A stretch of 53,973 nucleotides of DNA from Chara braunii (taxonomy: Eukaryota; Plantae; Charophyceae). Below are positions 14,609-25,844 of the stretch, in pieces. A model generated the notes under the pieces. It ran no database searches and had not been told where the DNA came from. It worked only from the letters and a program-made list of their open reading frames with translations. A program made the translations under genes and the position numbers. The stretch lies in contig BFEA01000036.1 in assembly GCA_003427395.1 (NCBI GenBank), positions 965,187 to 1,019,159 of the forward strand. The letters are read 5' to 3'. Each line of letters opens with the position of its first letter. The first letter of the stretch is position 1.

Positions 14609-15054
14609 AGACTGCGTTGATTCTGAATCTATTCACCTGGTGAGTCGGTGAAAGTTCGACGAACATTCCGGCACAGTCGTTGCTGTTATGAGGAAAATCT
14701 AAAACACGCATACAGACATGCACAACAACCTCCTGATGAGTCGGTGAAAGTTCGACGAACATTCCGGCACAGTCATGCTTTTTCTTTTGTGGAGTTGTGT
14801 ATAGCGAACATGACAACACACACATGCACACGTGCACACACACATGCACACGTGCACACACACATGCACACGTGCACACACACATGCACATGCACACACA
14901 CGTATACACACATACACACACATGCACACACACATAGACACGTACACATTCATGCGTGCTGTCGTAGAGCTGTGTGAAAGTGAACATGACAACAAGGAGG
15001 ACCAATATCACCTGATAAGTCGGTGAAAGTTGGACGAAACAGTCTGTCACAGTC
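14609..15054 (+). ncRNA. Three degenerate hammerhead-ribozyme motifs in tandem partial repeats interleaved with (CA)n
   Basis: Cores at 14637 (CTGGTGAG-TCGG-TGAAAGT-TCGAC-GAAC), 14733 (CTGATGAG...CGAAC) and 15012 (CTGATAAG...CGAAACAGTCTGTCACAG). Homologous to 52830-52871. Confidence 0.7.
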
Positions 15055-16762
15055 AATCACCTTTGCTTGGCGGAGTTGTTTTTAGCGATTAAAGAGTAGA
15101 CACACTTTTGTAAAGGGAAAAGGCCGAAAAAGAACCCTTCCGCGCGCAGATACTGTTAGATTGCTTTCGTTACGTGGACGTAATATACACACCTCATGCT
15201 GACGGCAGCTGATATGTTCCCTCCATCTCTCGGANNNNNNNNNNNNNNNNNNNNNNNNNNNNNNNNNNNNNNNNNNNNNNNNNNNNNNNNNNNNNNNNNN
15301 NNNNNNNNNNNNNNNNNNNNNNNNNNNNNNNNNNNNNNNNNNNNNNNNNNNNNNNNNNNNNNNNNNNNNNNNNNNNNNNNNNNNNNNNNNNNNNNNNNNN
15401 NNNNNNNNNNNNNNNNNNNNNNNNNNNNNNNNNNNNNNNNNNNNNNNNNNNNNNNNNNNNNNNNNNNNNNNNNNNNNNNNNNNNNNNNNNNNNNNNNNNN
15501 NNNNNNNNNNNNNNNNNNNNNNNNNNNNNNNNNNNNNNNNNNNNNNNNNNNNNNNNNNNNNNNNNNNNNNNNNNNNNNNNNNNNNNNNNNNNNNNNNNNN
15601 NNNNNNNNNNNNNNNNNNNNNNNNNNNNNNNNNNNNNNNNNNNNNNNNNNNNNNNNNNNNNNNNNNNNNNNNNNNNNNNNNNNNNNNNNNNNNNNNNNNN
15701 NNNNNNNNNNNNNNNNNNNNNNNNNNNNNNNNNNNNNNNNNNNNNNNNNNNNNNNNNNNNNNNNNNNNNNNNNNNNNNNNNNNNNNNNNNNNNNNNNNNN
15801 NNNNNNNNNNNNNNNNNNNNNNNNNNNNNNNNNNNNNNNNNNNNNNNNNNNNNNNNNNNNNNNNNNNNNNNNNNNNNNNNNNNNNNNNNNNNNNNNNNNN
15901 NNNNNNNNNNNNNNNNNNNNNNNNNNNNNNNNNNNNNNNNNNNNNNNNNNNNNNNNNNNNNNNNNNNNNNNNNNNNNNNNNNNNNNNNNNNNNNNNNNNN
16001 NNNNNNNNNNNNNNNNNNNNNNNNNNNNNNNNNNNNNNNNNNNNNNNNNNNNNNNNNNNNNNNNNNNNNNNNNNNNNNNNNNNNNNNNNNNNNNNNNNNN
16101 NNNNNNNNNNNNNNNNNNNNNNNNNNNNNNNNNNNNNNNNNNNNNNNNNNNNNNNNNNNNNNNNNNNNNNNNNGTGGTTCAATGGGTTTGGAATGATGAT
16201 CGGTTCGTGGGTGCATCTGGAGGTGATAAGAAAGAGGAGTTGATAAGAAAGAGGAGGAAGACTGTGTAAAGGGGATCGGGTTGTTTGTTGCGTGTGAAAA
16301 TTTTCAATCGTTGTGGGTTAAGTTGACTGATCTCTTTTGTCGTCTTTCCTTAATCCCTTTTTTGTACAAGTAAGAGGGTTCACTGATCCAATTAAACCAC
16401 CCATCACCGCGTGCTGAAAAATCGGGCTACCTCTTGGTAACCCTCCTGCAGAGACCCAAACAGAGACGCAACGATCAGCTGGAAAAGGGGAAGCCTCGTA
16501 TTAATCAGGGTGGTCGCAAAAGGTGGTGCTGCTCTAGTCTGGCACATCGGGGGGTTGGGAGGGGGGGGTGTTGATCGGTCACCTGGAAGAACTTGGTCTG
16601 GATTGACGACCAGAAGCGTTCTCTCCGGATCGACATGGCAGTCTATTTCTTTCCCCCCGTCCCAGCTCCCCCCCTTCCCCCCCCTTGGATTTGGTTTACC
16701 CAAGGGCTGTTTCTTAAGAGACCGCTGGGGGGTGGACAGGGATGAACCTCCCGCTGCGCGGG

Positions 16763-17340
16763 TTGATTACGTGGGTTTTCAGCACATGGATCTTGATTGC
16801 GTGGATTTTCAGCACGTGGATCTTGATTACGTGCATTTTGAGTACATCGATTTTGATTGAGTTGATCTTGATGACGTTAAGTTTGATTGCATTAAAGTTT
16901 GATTAAGGGGATTCTCATTGCGTTGATCTGGATGGCGTGGATTTCAATTACATCGTTGTCGATTTCCTGGATCTTAATTACGTGAATTTTGATGACGCCG
17001 ATTTTGATGGCATGAATTTTGATTACAGGGATGTTGATGACATGAATTTCGATTGCATCGACTTTGATCCCGTGATTGCTGATTACGTCGATTATGATTT
17101 CTTGGATTTTGATTACCTGGATTTTGACTTGGATTTTTATGACTTGGATTTTGATTAGGGTGATATTCATTACGTGGATCTGGACGACGTGTATTTCAAG
17201 TACATGGTTTTTGATTAACTGGATCTTGATTTCGTGGATTTTTAAAAACATGAACTTTGATTAGAGGGATGTTGACGACATGAATGTTGATTGTACATGA
17301 ATGTTGATCACGTGGATATGATCTCCTGGGTTGTGATTAC
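16763..17340. repeat. Degenerate ~15-bp minisatellite (GATTACGTGGATYTT-like)
   Basis: Direct reading; source of the spurious D-rich and I-rich ORFs. Confidence 0.85.
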
Positions 17341-17343
17341 TTC

Positions 17344-17479
17344 TTTTTTTTTTTTTTTTTTTTTAATTTGAACCATTTCTCGATTTATGCGCACGTGTCA
17401 TCGTTGAGTGCGCCGGGGGCATGCTAGTTATTCTTCTCTTTCTCTGTATCGTTCCAATTTTACCGATGTCCCGAAGGAC
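17344..17479 (-). pseudogene. U6: U6 snRNA retrocopy with poly(A) tail and small insertions
   Basis: Minus strand reads GTCCTTCGGGACATCGGTAAAATTGGAACGATACAGAGA...TAGCATGCCCCCGGCGC...GATGACAC...GCATAAATCGAGAAATGGTTCAAATT, then A21. GATTACT on both flanks. Confidence 0.9.
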
Positions 17480-18453
17480 TGGATTACTCGAAATTTTTTA
17501 TTTACTTCGAATTTTTATTTACTTCGAATTTTGATTACATTTTTGATTACTTGGATTTTTTGTGGTTGACAGGGATGGTCAGTGGCTGTGGGATCCGTGG
17601 AGGACGTCGATTTTTGCTACACAGCTTGGTCGTTAACTTGGCTGACTGATTGTCCCCCATCGAGTAGAAGCTGACAGCCGAGATTGATGATGATGCATAG
17701 GCGGAGTGGAACGAGTTGACTCCGATTCGGGTTGAATGGAAGTTTTAGGTGATTCCTGGTCGGTCGTGGTAGTTCAGGTGATCTCGAGTCGGTTGAGTAA
17801 GAGCTGAGTTCTTCGTCTAAAGTGGATTGAGCGAGTTTTAATTTGGTCTTGAGTTTGTTAGTTGAGTTCGTTTCGAGTTTGTTAGTTGAGTTCGTTTTGA
17901 GTTTGTTTAAGTCAGCTGTGAGTTCTTCCTAGGTCTCTTGCGTGGATTGAGTGCAGGCTGTTTTGAGTAAAAGCTGAGTTCGTCTAAGTGGGTGTGTTAA
18001 GTTGTACCTGAGTTCGTCCTGAGTTTGTTAAGTTAGGCTGAGCTCCTCGCCCTGAGTTTGTTAAATCACCAATCCACTTCCTAAAGTCGTGGCCGTTAAC
18101 AAAAGCCGATATTTTAGGAAATGTACGGACCACTACAGGAGCGCCCAAATTCATTCGACTAGAAACGTTTCTACTCTATTGTTTTCCCCCACGGCCTATA
18201 GCTGGGCCAAGTACTGGTGGTTTAAGTTAGCTGAGTTCTTACGTCTTGAGTGGAGTGGATTGAGTAGAGACTGTGTTGAGTTAAAAGCGGAGGTCGTCTA
18301 AGCGGATTGGGAGAGCCGAGTTGGTCACATTTTCGGGGTCACATCCACTCCGTGGTCCAAGGGAGTTGTAGCATACGCTGGAAGGAAAGTAAAGTAGGGG
18401 AATCTTGACTGACCCTCTTCGCTGCTTGTAAGGGTTGGTTTCCCTCTCCGGTT

Positions 18454-18554
18454 CCATTTCTCGATTTATGCGTGTCATGCTTGAAAGCGCAGGGGCCATT
18501 TGCTAATTTCCCCTTCTCTGTATCGTTCCAATTTTTATGGATGTCCCGAAGGAC
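18454..18554 (-). pseudogene. U6: U6 snRNA copy, 3'-trimmed, no tail
   Basis: Minus strand reads GTCCTTCGGGACATCCATAAAAATTGGAACGATACAGAGAAG...TTAGCAAATGGCCCCTGCGC...ATGACACGCATAAATCGAGAAATGG. Flanked by CCCTCTCCGGTTC / CCCTCTCCTGTTC. Confidence 0.9.
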
Positions 18555-18859
18555 GACCCTCTCCTGTTCGTCTTGAGTTTGTAGAGTTAGTTGAGATTCT
18601 ATGTCCCGACTGGATTGGGTAGAGGCTTAGCAGAGGCTGAGTAGAGGCTGAGTGGTGGTCCCCCACAGAATTCAAACACGGCGCGCGTTTTACTTGAGTG
18701 GATAGACTAGGCTGTGTATTTATTTGAGTGTGAATTGAATATAAGCGGAGTATTGGAATGGATTGAGTAGCAGCTGAGTTCGTCTTGAGTGGGTTTGTGT
18801 AAAGCTGAGTTTGTCGTGTAAGGGTTGTTAAAGGGCGTCGCTTCACTACTCTCGGCGGC

Positions 18860-18965
18860 ATGCACAAAAGACAAAAATCATGGCCGTGTACCTGTCCATG
18901 TTCTGGCGGAAGATTCACTCTCGTTTTGCACATTTCGAGACTACCGGTAGTGGAGCGAGGCCCTG
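18860..18965 (+). repeat. ~100-bp dispersed repeat, second copy at ~26650-26750
   Basis: Both copies start GCACAAAAGACAAAAATYATGG and contain AAGATTC..TCTC.TTTTGCAC. Confidence 0.65.
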
Positions 18966-19062
18966 ACGCTGAGATCGTCTTGAGTGGATCGAGTAATCCT
19001 AGTGTATCTTGAGTGGATCGTTTTTTCTTTTTTTTTTTCCCCTTCTCTTCTCCCTTCTCGTT

Positions 19063-19467
19063 TTATTCCGTATGTATGCCCTTCTTCTCTTTCTTTTCCT
19101 TTCTTTATTCTTTCTTTTCAAAAGGAACACGGCCTTGAGGTATCATTCCGTATATATGCCCTTCTTCTCTTTTTTTTCCTTTCTTTATNNNNNNNNNNNN
19201 NNNNNNNNNNNNNNNNNNNNNNNNNNNNNNNNNNNNNNNNNNNNNNNNNNNNNNNNNNNNNNNNNNNNNNNNNNNNNNNNNNNNNNNNNNNNNACGGCCT
19301 TGAGGTATCATTCCGTATATATGCCCTTCTCTTTCTTTTCCTTTCTTTATTTTTTCTTTTCAAAAGGACCACGGCCTTGAGGTATCATCGCGTATGCCCT
19401 TCTTCTCTTTCTTTTCCTTTCTTTATTCTTTCTTTTCAAAAGGGCCACGGCCTTGAGGTATCATCGT
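19063..19467. repeat. ~70-bp pyrimidine-rich tandem repeat spanning an N-gap
   Basis: Repeated CACGGCCTTGAGGTATCAT...ATGCCCTTCT...TTTCAAAAGG. Confidence 0.85.
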
Positions 19468-19804
19468 GAAACTGACCGGGCGAAAGTCATTTTGGAATTC
19501 TATTCGTCTAGTTCCTTCTGGATTCGGATACAAGTCCGTATTTTAACAGTTTGTGGCCCGTTGATGAGTGGATCGATTTAGCTGTGAGGTAAACTGACTG
19601 GTCCAATGTCATTTTGGAATTCTATTCATGTAGTAGTCATTCAGGAATTCTATTCATCTAGTTCCTTCTGGATTCGAACACAGGTCCGTATCTTAAGAGT
19701 TTGTGGGTGTGCCAACTGAGCTAGGGCCGTTGATGAGTGGATCGATTTAGCTGAGGTGATCCTGTGAGGAGAACCAGTGTCGATAGGTTGAATAAGCCGG
19801 CGGT

Positions 19805-20360
19805 GGGTTATCTGTGGGCTATCTGAAGGTTATCTGTGGGTTATATATTTGAGGGTTATCGGAGGGTTATCTGTGGGTTATCTGTGGGTTATCTGTGGGT
19901 TATCTGTGGGGGCTATCTGAGGGTTATCTGTGGGTTATCTGTGGGGGCGATCTGAGGGTTATCTGTGTGGGCTATCTGAGGGTTATCTGTGGGTTATCTA
20001 TTTGAGGGCTAACTGAGGGTTATCTGTGGGCTATCTGAGGGTTATCTGTGGGTTATCTGAGGGCTATCTGAGGGTTATCTGTGGGGGCTATCTGAGGGTT
20101 ATCTGTGGGTTAACTGTGCAGTGGGTGGGTTAGCTGCGAGTTATGTCTAGAAGGGAAGGGTTATCTGTGGGTTATCTGTGAAGTGGAAGGGGGGTTATCT
20201 GTGAGTTGTCTGTAGAAGGGGTGGTGGGTTATCTGTGTGCCACCTCCGGGTTATTTGTGGTTGTGGAATGGGTGGGTTATCTTTGGGTTATTTGTAGAGG
20301 GGGTGGGTTATCTGTTGGTTATCGGTGGGTTATCCGTGGGAACGGATGGGTTATCTGTTG
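19805..20360. repeat. 11-bp minisatellite (GGGTTATCTGW)n
   Basis: Direct reading; many units, decaying at the 3' end. Confidence 0.9.
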
Positions 20361-20689
20361 ATTTAGTGAGGTAAGTCAGGCTGGGCTGACCTCAAGTGTA
20401 GTATAGTCATCCATTGAGTTGATTGAGAGTTGGTCAAGTCAAGCTGAGATGGGTATTCGGAAAAAAAAAAAGAAAATAGCTGGGTAATAAGAGAGGGTCG
20501 TTTAAATGCTGAGTTGAGAACCACGGATCGAGTACAGTGAATGTGGACAGTATGGCTATGTAAAAGGGCCGAATACAGTGCATGTGGACAGTATACTCCA
20601 CTTTCGAAAGAGATGGGGTGGGAACAAAACCGATGCTTACCGTAGTTAACCCTTATCCTTGTGCATGGTTAATCCGAAGAACAGGAGAG

Positions 20690-20722
20690 AAGAGGTGGCA
20701 GTGCAGGAATCATCCAATCTGA

Positions 20723-20753
<31 letters not shown>

Positions 20754-21070
20754 TAGTTCTTGGTCCAGGTGACTCGGACCATACGCACACTACCGGTAGC
20801 TGTTTCCTGAACGTATCTGACTGTAATTACGGTCAGGTGGGAGTGTAAGCTTCATCAAATCTGAGATGATCATGATGATGATGTAGTAAGTCTTGGTGCA
20901 GGTGACTCAGGCCAGACCCACACTAATTTCCTGAACGTATCTGACTGTAATTACGGCCAGGTGGCAGTTCAGCAATCATCAAATCGGAGATGATGATGAT
21001 GATGTAATTCTTGGTGTAGGCCACACTCACATTATGACTTTCCTGAACGAACCTGACGTCAATTACGGCC
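20690..21070. repeat. Three ~130-bp tandem units each containing (GAT)n
   Basis: Repeated AATCTGAGATGATGATG...TCTTGGT...TTTCCTGAACGTATCTGACTGTAATTACGG. Confidence 0.85.
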
Positions 21071-21305
21071 AGACCGGATGCATCTGACTGTTATCACGTC
21101 CAGAGCTCAGTCGAAAAACTCCTATTGCGAGTATCCCGGCAGATCGGATACTTCATGTTCAGAATAACAACAGAAACCTGTTATTGGTTTGTTGGGAATC
21201 CTGATCATCGTTCGTGTGTGTGTGTGGTGTTTAATGCCTCGTTATAACCAACCACACCCCTATGAGCAGCCCCTCTACCTGCCACCCTCGCTTGTTGTCA
21301 GTAGG

Positions 21306-21397
<92 letters not shown>

Positions 21398-22791
21398 CCC
21401 TCTCTCTCTGCCTCTCTCTCCCGTTCTCTTGCTCTCTTCCTCTCTCTCCGGCTCTTGCCTCTCTCTCTCTCTCTCTCCCGTTCCCTTGCCTCTCTTTCGT
21501 TCTCTTGCCTCTCTCCCGTTCTCTTGCCTCTCTCTCTCTCTCTCTCTTTTGCCTGTCCTCCCCTCTTCACCCTCCCGCTCCGCCCCCCCCCCCCTTCTCT
21601 CTCTGCTCTCATGTCATACCAGGATAGTCAGGTGTCGCTTCTCTCGTCGCGTCATTTCAGCTTTCTCACACAGCTCGACCCATTACATGGAATATGTCGG
21701 CTTCTAAACGAGGTCTGTAGTGAGCATAGAGTATAGTGATAAGATCCTGGCTCACAAAACGGTCGCTTGCACTTTTTTCTGAAAGGTAGGAACAGGTAGC
21801 TAGAAGGAGAAGACGAGACAGAGACGAAGCACTCGTTATTGATGGCGTAATTAGCCGAATCCACTTCTAAACAGGCATTGCTAATTACGCGGCAATTACG
21901 TGGCAAGCAGTGAGAAGTGTGGCTGCAGTAAGTAACAAAGACCCGCAGAATGACAGGCAAATGGAAGATTGTCTGCTTATTGCTGACTTGAAATGCGTGA
22001 ATCTAGTCACGATTACCTTCTGCTAAGTAATCCGGCCTATTATTTCAGACAGGAAAGATCATCTGTGGACTCGATGTTGTCTATCTGATGGACCGACTGT
22101 AATTATACAATTAATTATTAGATTATTGATCATTACTATGTATCTTACTTATGATTGGTAAAAAAAAAATATTTTAAAAAGAATATTCAAAAATATATAA
22201 TATATAATAATATAGAATAATAATGAAAAATATTTAACAATTCCTGAAATGAGAATTCCTTATAAAGGAGAGAAGGAGCGGTGGGGAGAGGAGGGGGCGC
22301 CTGCTTAACTGGGGTTGTGGGAGGAGGGGCTCCTGATTAACTGGCGGGGGTCGTGAAAGGTAATATGGTATGGCGACTTAAGACCGGTCTGGACTTTTGG
22401 CAGGGGTTTTACCAGGTTAACAGGTTGAATGTTCATGCGTGGAGAGAACGAACCTGGCCGCCATCACAGCCAGGTTCTTGATTTTCAAGCATGAACATGG
22501 CGTCAGTGGGGCCTTTCCCTTACCTGAGGAAGTAGCTCCTTTGGTCGCTTTGGTGGCGCTCGCTGTGTGTCCATGCTTGGTGGGTTCAGTTTGACTGAGG
22601 CCTATTTTTATTAAAAAGCATGTCTGTTTTATGATTGCCCCTACTGTAGGCCGAGTCTATTTATTGTAAGCCTCATCTGTGTGAGGCCGAGTTCGCTGAT
22701 GAGGTTTACCACAGACAGGGTGCATTACTCAAATGAGGGGTCATCAGATCTTCTTTCTTTCTTTCTTTCTTTCTTTCTTTTTTTCTTTCTT

Positions 22792-22824
<33 letters not shown>

Positions 22825-22862
22825 CTTCTTTCTTTCTTTTCCGATATCATATTGCTGAGTGC

Positions 22863-23965
22863 GCTGATTGGTAAGTCGAAATGGGGGACTGAATTGTGAG
22901 TTGAAATGGGAATTAATTGGGGGATGGAAATGGGACTGAATTGGTGGATCAAAATGGGATTGATAATTGATTGGTGGATTGAAATGGGATTGATTGGTGA
23001 ATCGAAATAGGGTTGACATTGGCTGTGCAAATCAGGTTGAAGTTCTTACCCCTATCCCGTTTGATGATGCCAGAAGTCGTTTTGATATACCTTGTCTATT
23101 TTTTAATATTTTATTTCTTATTTTTGGGGCGACCGTTTGAGTCACCGTATGAACTGCTGCTCATTTGTACAATCGATATGTCAAATAAATGAGACGTTGT
23201 GAAATTTCAAATTTGAATTGAGTGATCAATTGAAATTTGAAATGGGACTGAATGGTGGATCGAAATTTATCTTTGGTTTGTGTGGCTTTTATGGCTTTTG
23301 GGATTTTTTATTTTTTTTCCCCCCCCCCTAGGGTTGGGAAACGTCAGGTCATGCTTTGTTTGGGCCATCTCTGCCTCTGGACTCGAGACCCCAACGCCTG
23401 CACCGAAGCTCGGTTATGGTCCCAGCATGGGTTCTTTGTTGAGGAACTCCGGGCCTCATTTGTGCAGCTGGTAGAAAGTTACGTTTCTTAAGGAAAAAAA
23501 AAAGAAAAGAAAGAAAAAAAAAGGAAGAAAAGGATGAAAAAGGGGGACTGATTGGTGAATCTAAATGGGGACTGATTGGTGAATCCACATGGGATTGATT
23601 GGTGAATCGAAATGGGACTGATTGGTGGCTGGAAATGGGGAATTATTGGTGAATGGAAATCGGAATGACAGGTGACTTGACATGGGATTGATTGGTGAAT
23701 CCAAATGGGATTGATCGGTGAATCGAAATGGGACTGATTGGTCGGATTGACTGGTGAGTCGCAATGGGACTGATTGGTTGGATTGATCGGTGAATCGAAA
23801 TGGGACTGATTGGTCGGATTGACTGGTGAATCGCAATGGGACTGGTTGGTGAATTGAAATGGGATTGATTGGTGGAGCGAAATGGAAATGGGACTGATTG
23901 GCGGTATTGACCGGTGAATCACAATGGGACTGATTGGTGAATTTGAAATGGGATTGATTGGTGGA
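22863..23965. repeat. ~23-28-bp minisatellite (GGGACTGATTGGTGAATCGAAAT), interrupted, running up to the exon-2 acceptor
   Basis: Direct reading; each unit carries ATTGG (reverse CCAAT). Confidence 0.9.
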
Positions 23966-23974
23966 CCGTAATAG

Positions 23975-24189
23975 GATCGGCGCGGAAGGAGGCCATGGCT
24001 TACTCGACCTCAGTGCGGCGAACCGAGGAAGTGGTCAAGATGCCGAGTTCCACTACGAGGGACACGGGAGAGGGAGGGAGTCAGTTGTCAACCGTGTCCA
24101 TCACTGTTGTCGGAGCATCTGGCGACCTTGCCAAGAAGAAAATATTTCCTGCCCTCTTTGCACTCTATTATGAAGGTCATTTGCCTGAG
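23975..24189 (+). CDS. G6PD: Plastidic G6PDH exon 2
   Basis: [31 protein letters not shown] (NADP-binding GxxGxxA). TAG acceptor and GTATGT donor. The 5' boundary is less certain than the 3'. Confidence 0.93.
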
Positions 24190-24316
24190 GTATGTACTCG
24201 TGCAAGACTGAGTAAAATTGTAAATGCGGCGGGCGGAGTGATGGAGGTGGTGCCAAGGAAAAGCTTTAGAGGATGTCGTCGCTGTACGTCAGTGTGCCTT
24301 TGTGTATCTTCTTTGT

Positions 24317-24367
<51 letters not shown>

Positions 24368-24717
24368 GGTGTATGAAGGCTATCTGCTTAATGATAAAAT
24401 TTTCCATAATAGCAGTGGGAATGTGTGTTGGGTGTGGTGGGTTAAGTTTTGGAGAGGACACAAAGGGGTTAATTGGGGAGAAAGCTATTGCCATTGTGAC
24501 TCAGCAGTCGCTGCATCTTGGCTTCGTGGATTCTGCTCGACGTTGCATGCTATCCTAGTCTAGAGCCGGCAAGTGCTTATGCTGATGCCCTTGTACTTAA
24601 CTGGAAATGCGTTCATGTGGATGGCTGCTTGTTATGATCTTGATCTTTGTGGAATTCGGGTGGGACGAAGGGTCTGGGAACTTCTTGGTTGGCGTGTCGT
24701 GTCAATTCTCTGTACAG

Positions 24718-24812
24718 CATTTCACTATTTTTGGATTTGCCAGGAGTAAAATGACGAACGAGGAGCTGAGGACAACAATTAGTAGCACTCTGACCTGCAG
24801 AATTGATCAGAG
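24718..24812 (+). CDS. G6PD: Plastidic G6PDH exon 3
   Basis: [31 protein letters not shown]; CAG/GTGAG; contains the first regulatory Cys. Confidence 0.96.
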
Positions 24813-25233
24813 GTGAGGGGTGATGGCCCACGATATGATAGTCCCAACTTTTCCCCACCTAGATAATTGCCCGTGGTCCGCTGGGTTAGGGGCAGGTTTC
24901 TTCTCTTGTTGATGTCCATGGAAGCAGTGAACATCTGTGGTCGTTGGTCGGTTATTGGGATTGCGAAGACTTTGTCGTGTTCTGCTGGATTACAGGGAGG
25001 TTTTGATATGTTGTTATGTTAAGCTGCCAGTGCGAGAGAGCCTCTCTGAAGAATTTGGCCACATAGAGGCAGGCTGCACGTTTGATGTGTGCACCTGGCG
25101 GGGAGCAGTTTTGGCACCGGAAAATGTCAGTTCGACTAAGTATGATTTTGCGGACCCGTGTCTGTGTGGTGTTGTGTGTGGTGTGTTGTTGAGTTGGACA
25201 CTACAGCCCCTTCTGCAGGGGTGAGGTGGATAT

Positions 25234-25340
25234 CACGACCAGTATGGTTCCCCACTTTTGAACACCGTGTCCTGGCTGTAGTGGTGAAGATACTTGGCTC
25301 TGGAGGCCGAGGTCGCCGGTACGAATTCCTGGTTTGCACG
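25234..25340 (+). repeat. Dispersed repeat with tRNA-like A/B boxes (SINE-like), copy 1
   Basis: GTAGTGGTGAAG...GCCGAGGTCGCCGGTACGAATTCC preceded by TTTTGAACAC; homologous to ~28968-29070. Confidence 0.5.
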
Positions 25341-25844
25341 GAGGAGGGCTTAGGCCTAGATGTGCGGATCCATGAACTGCGGTGGCTTATGCCGTCGGTA
25401 CACGGCCCCAGACCTCGCTAGCTGACTCGTGAACTTTTTCCTTCCTTTGTTTCCTCAGGTGGATGTGGGCGTCAAGATAGAACGACTTGCATGCCGGCCG
25501 GTGCATCGTCGTCATCTGGCGCCGGTATCTTGACAATGACTGGTGGTTGTGTTTTTCCATCCCAGTGCTGTGGCAATTTCTCTCTGGTGTCTTCTACCAC
25601 GTATGTTTTTGGTTTGACAAGATCTCGCTTTTGCTTCCACTGAGTGCATTTGCTGGAGGTCATTTCCTTGGTGTGACCCAGTCGTTTTCCTTGGTGTAAC
25701 CTTGCCGTTTTTCTTTTGGATTATTGGACTATGTTTTGTATCCGTGACAGTATATGGCTGTATATCTATGTTTTGTATCCGTGACAATATTTGGCTGTAT
25801 GTCTTCTACCAAGTAAGTACGTGTGTTATTGTTAGTGACCGCTC

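Noticed and set aside
15082-16269. Long ORFs of 340-366 aa (also those over the other gaps)
   Set aside because: They run through N-gaps (10964-11125, 15235-16173, 19189-19293, 25954-26396, 35434-35513, 42988-43264).
16763-17264. Asp-rich repeat protein
   Set aside because: 15-bp minisatellite with multiple in-frame stops, inside an intron.
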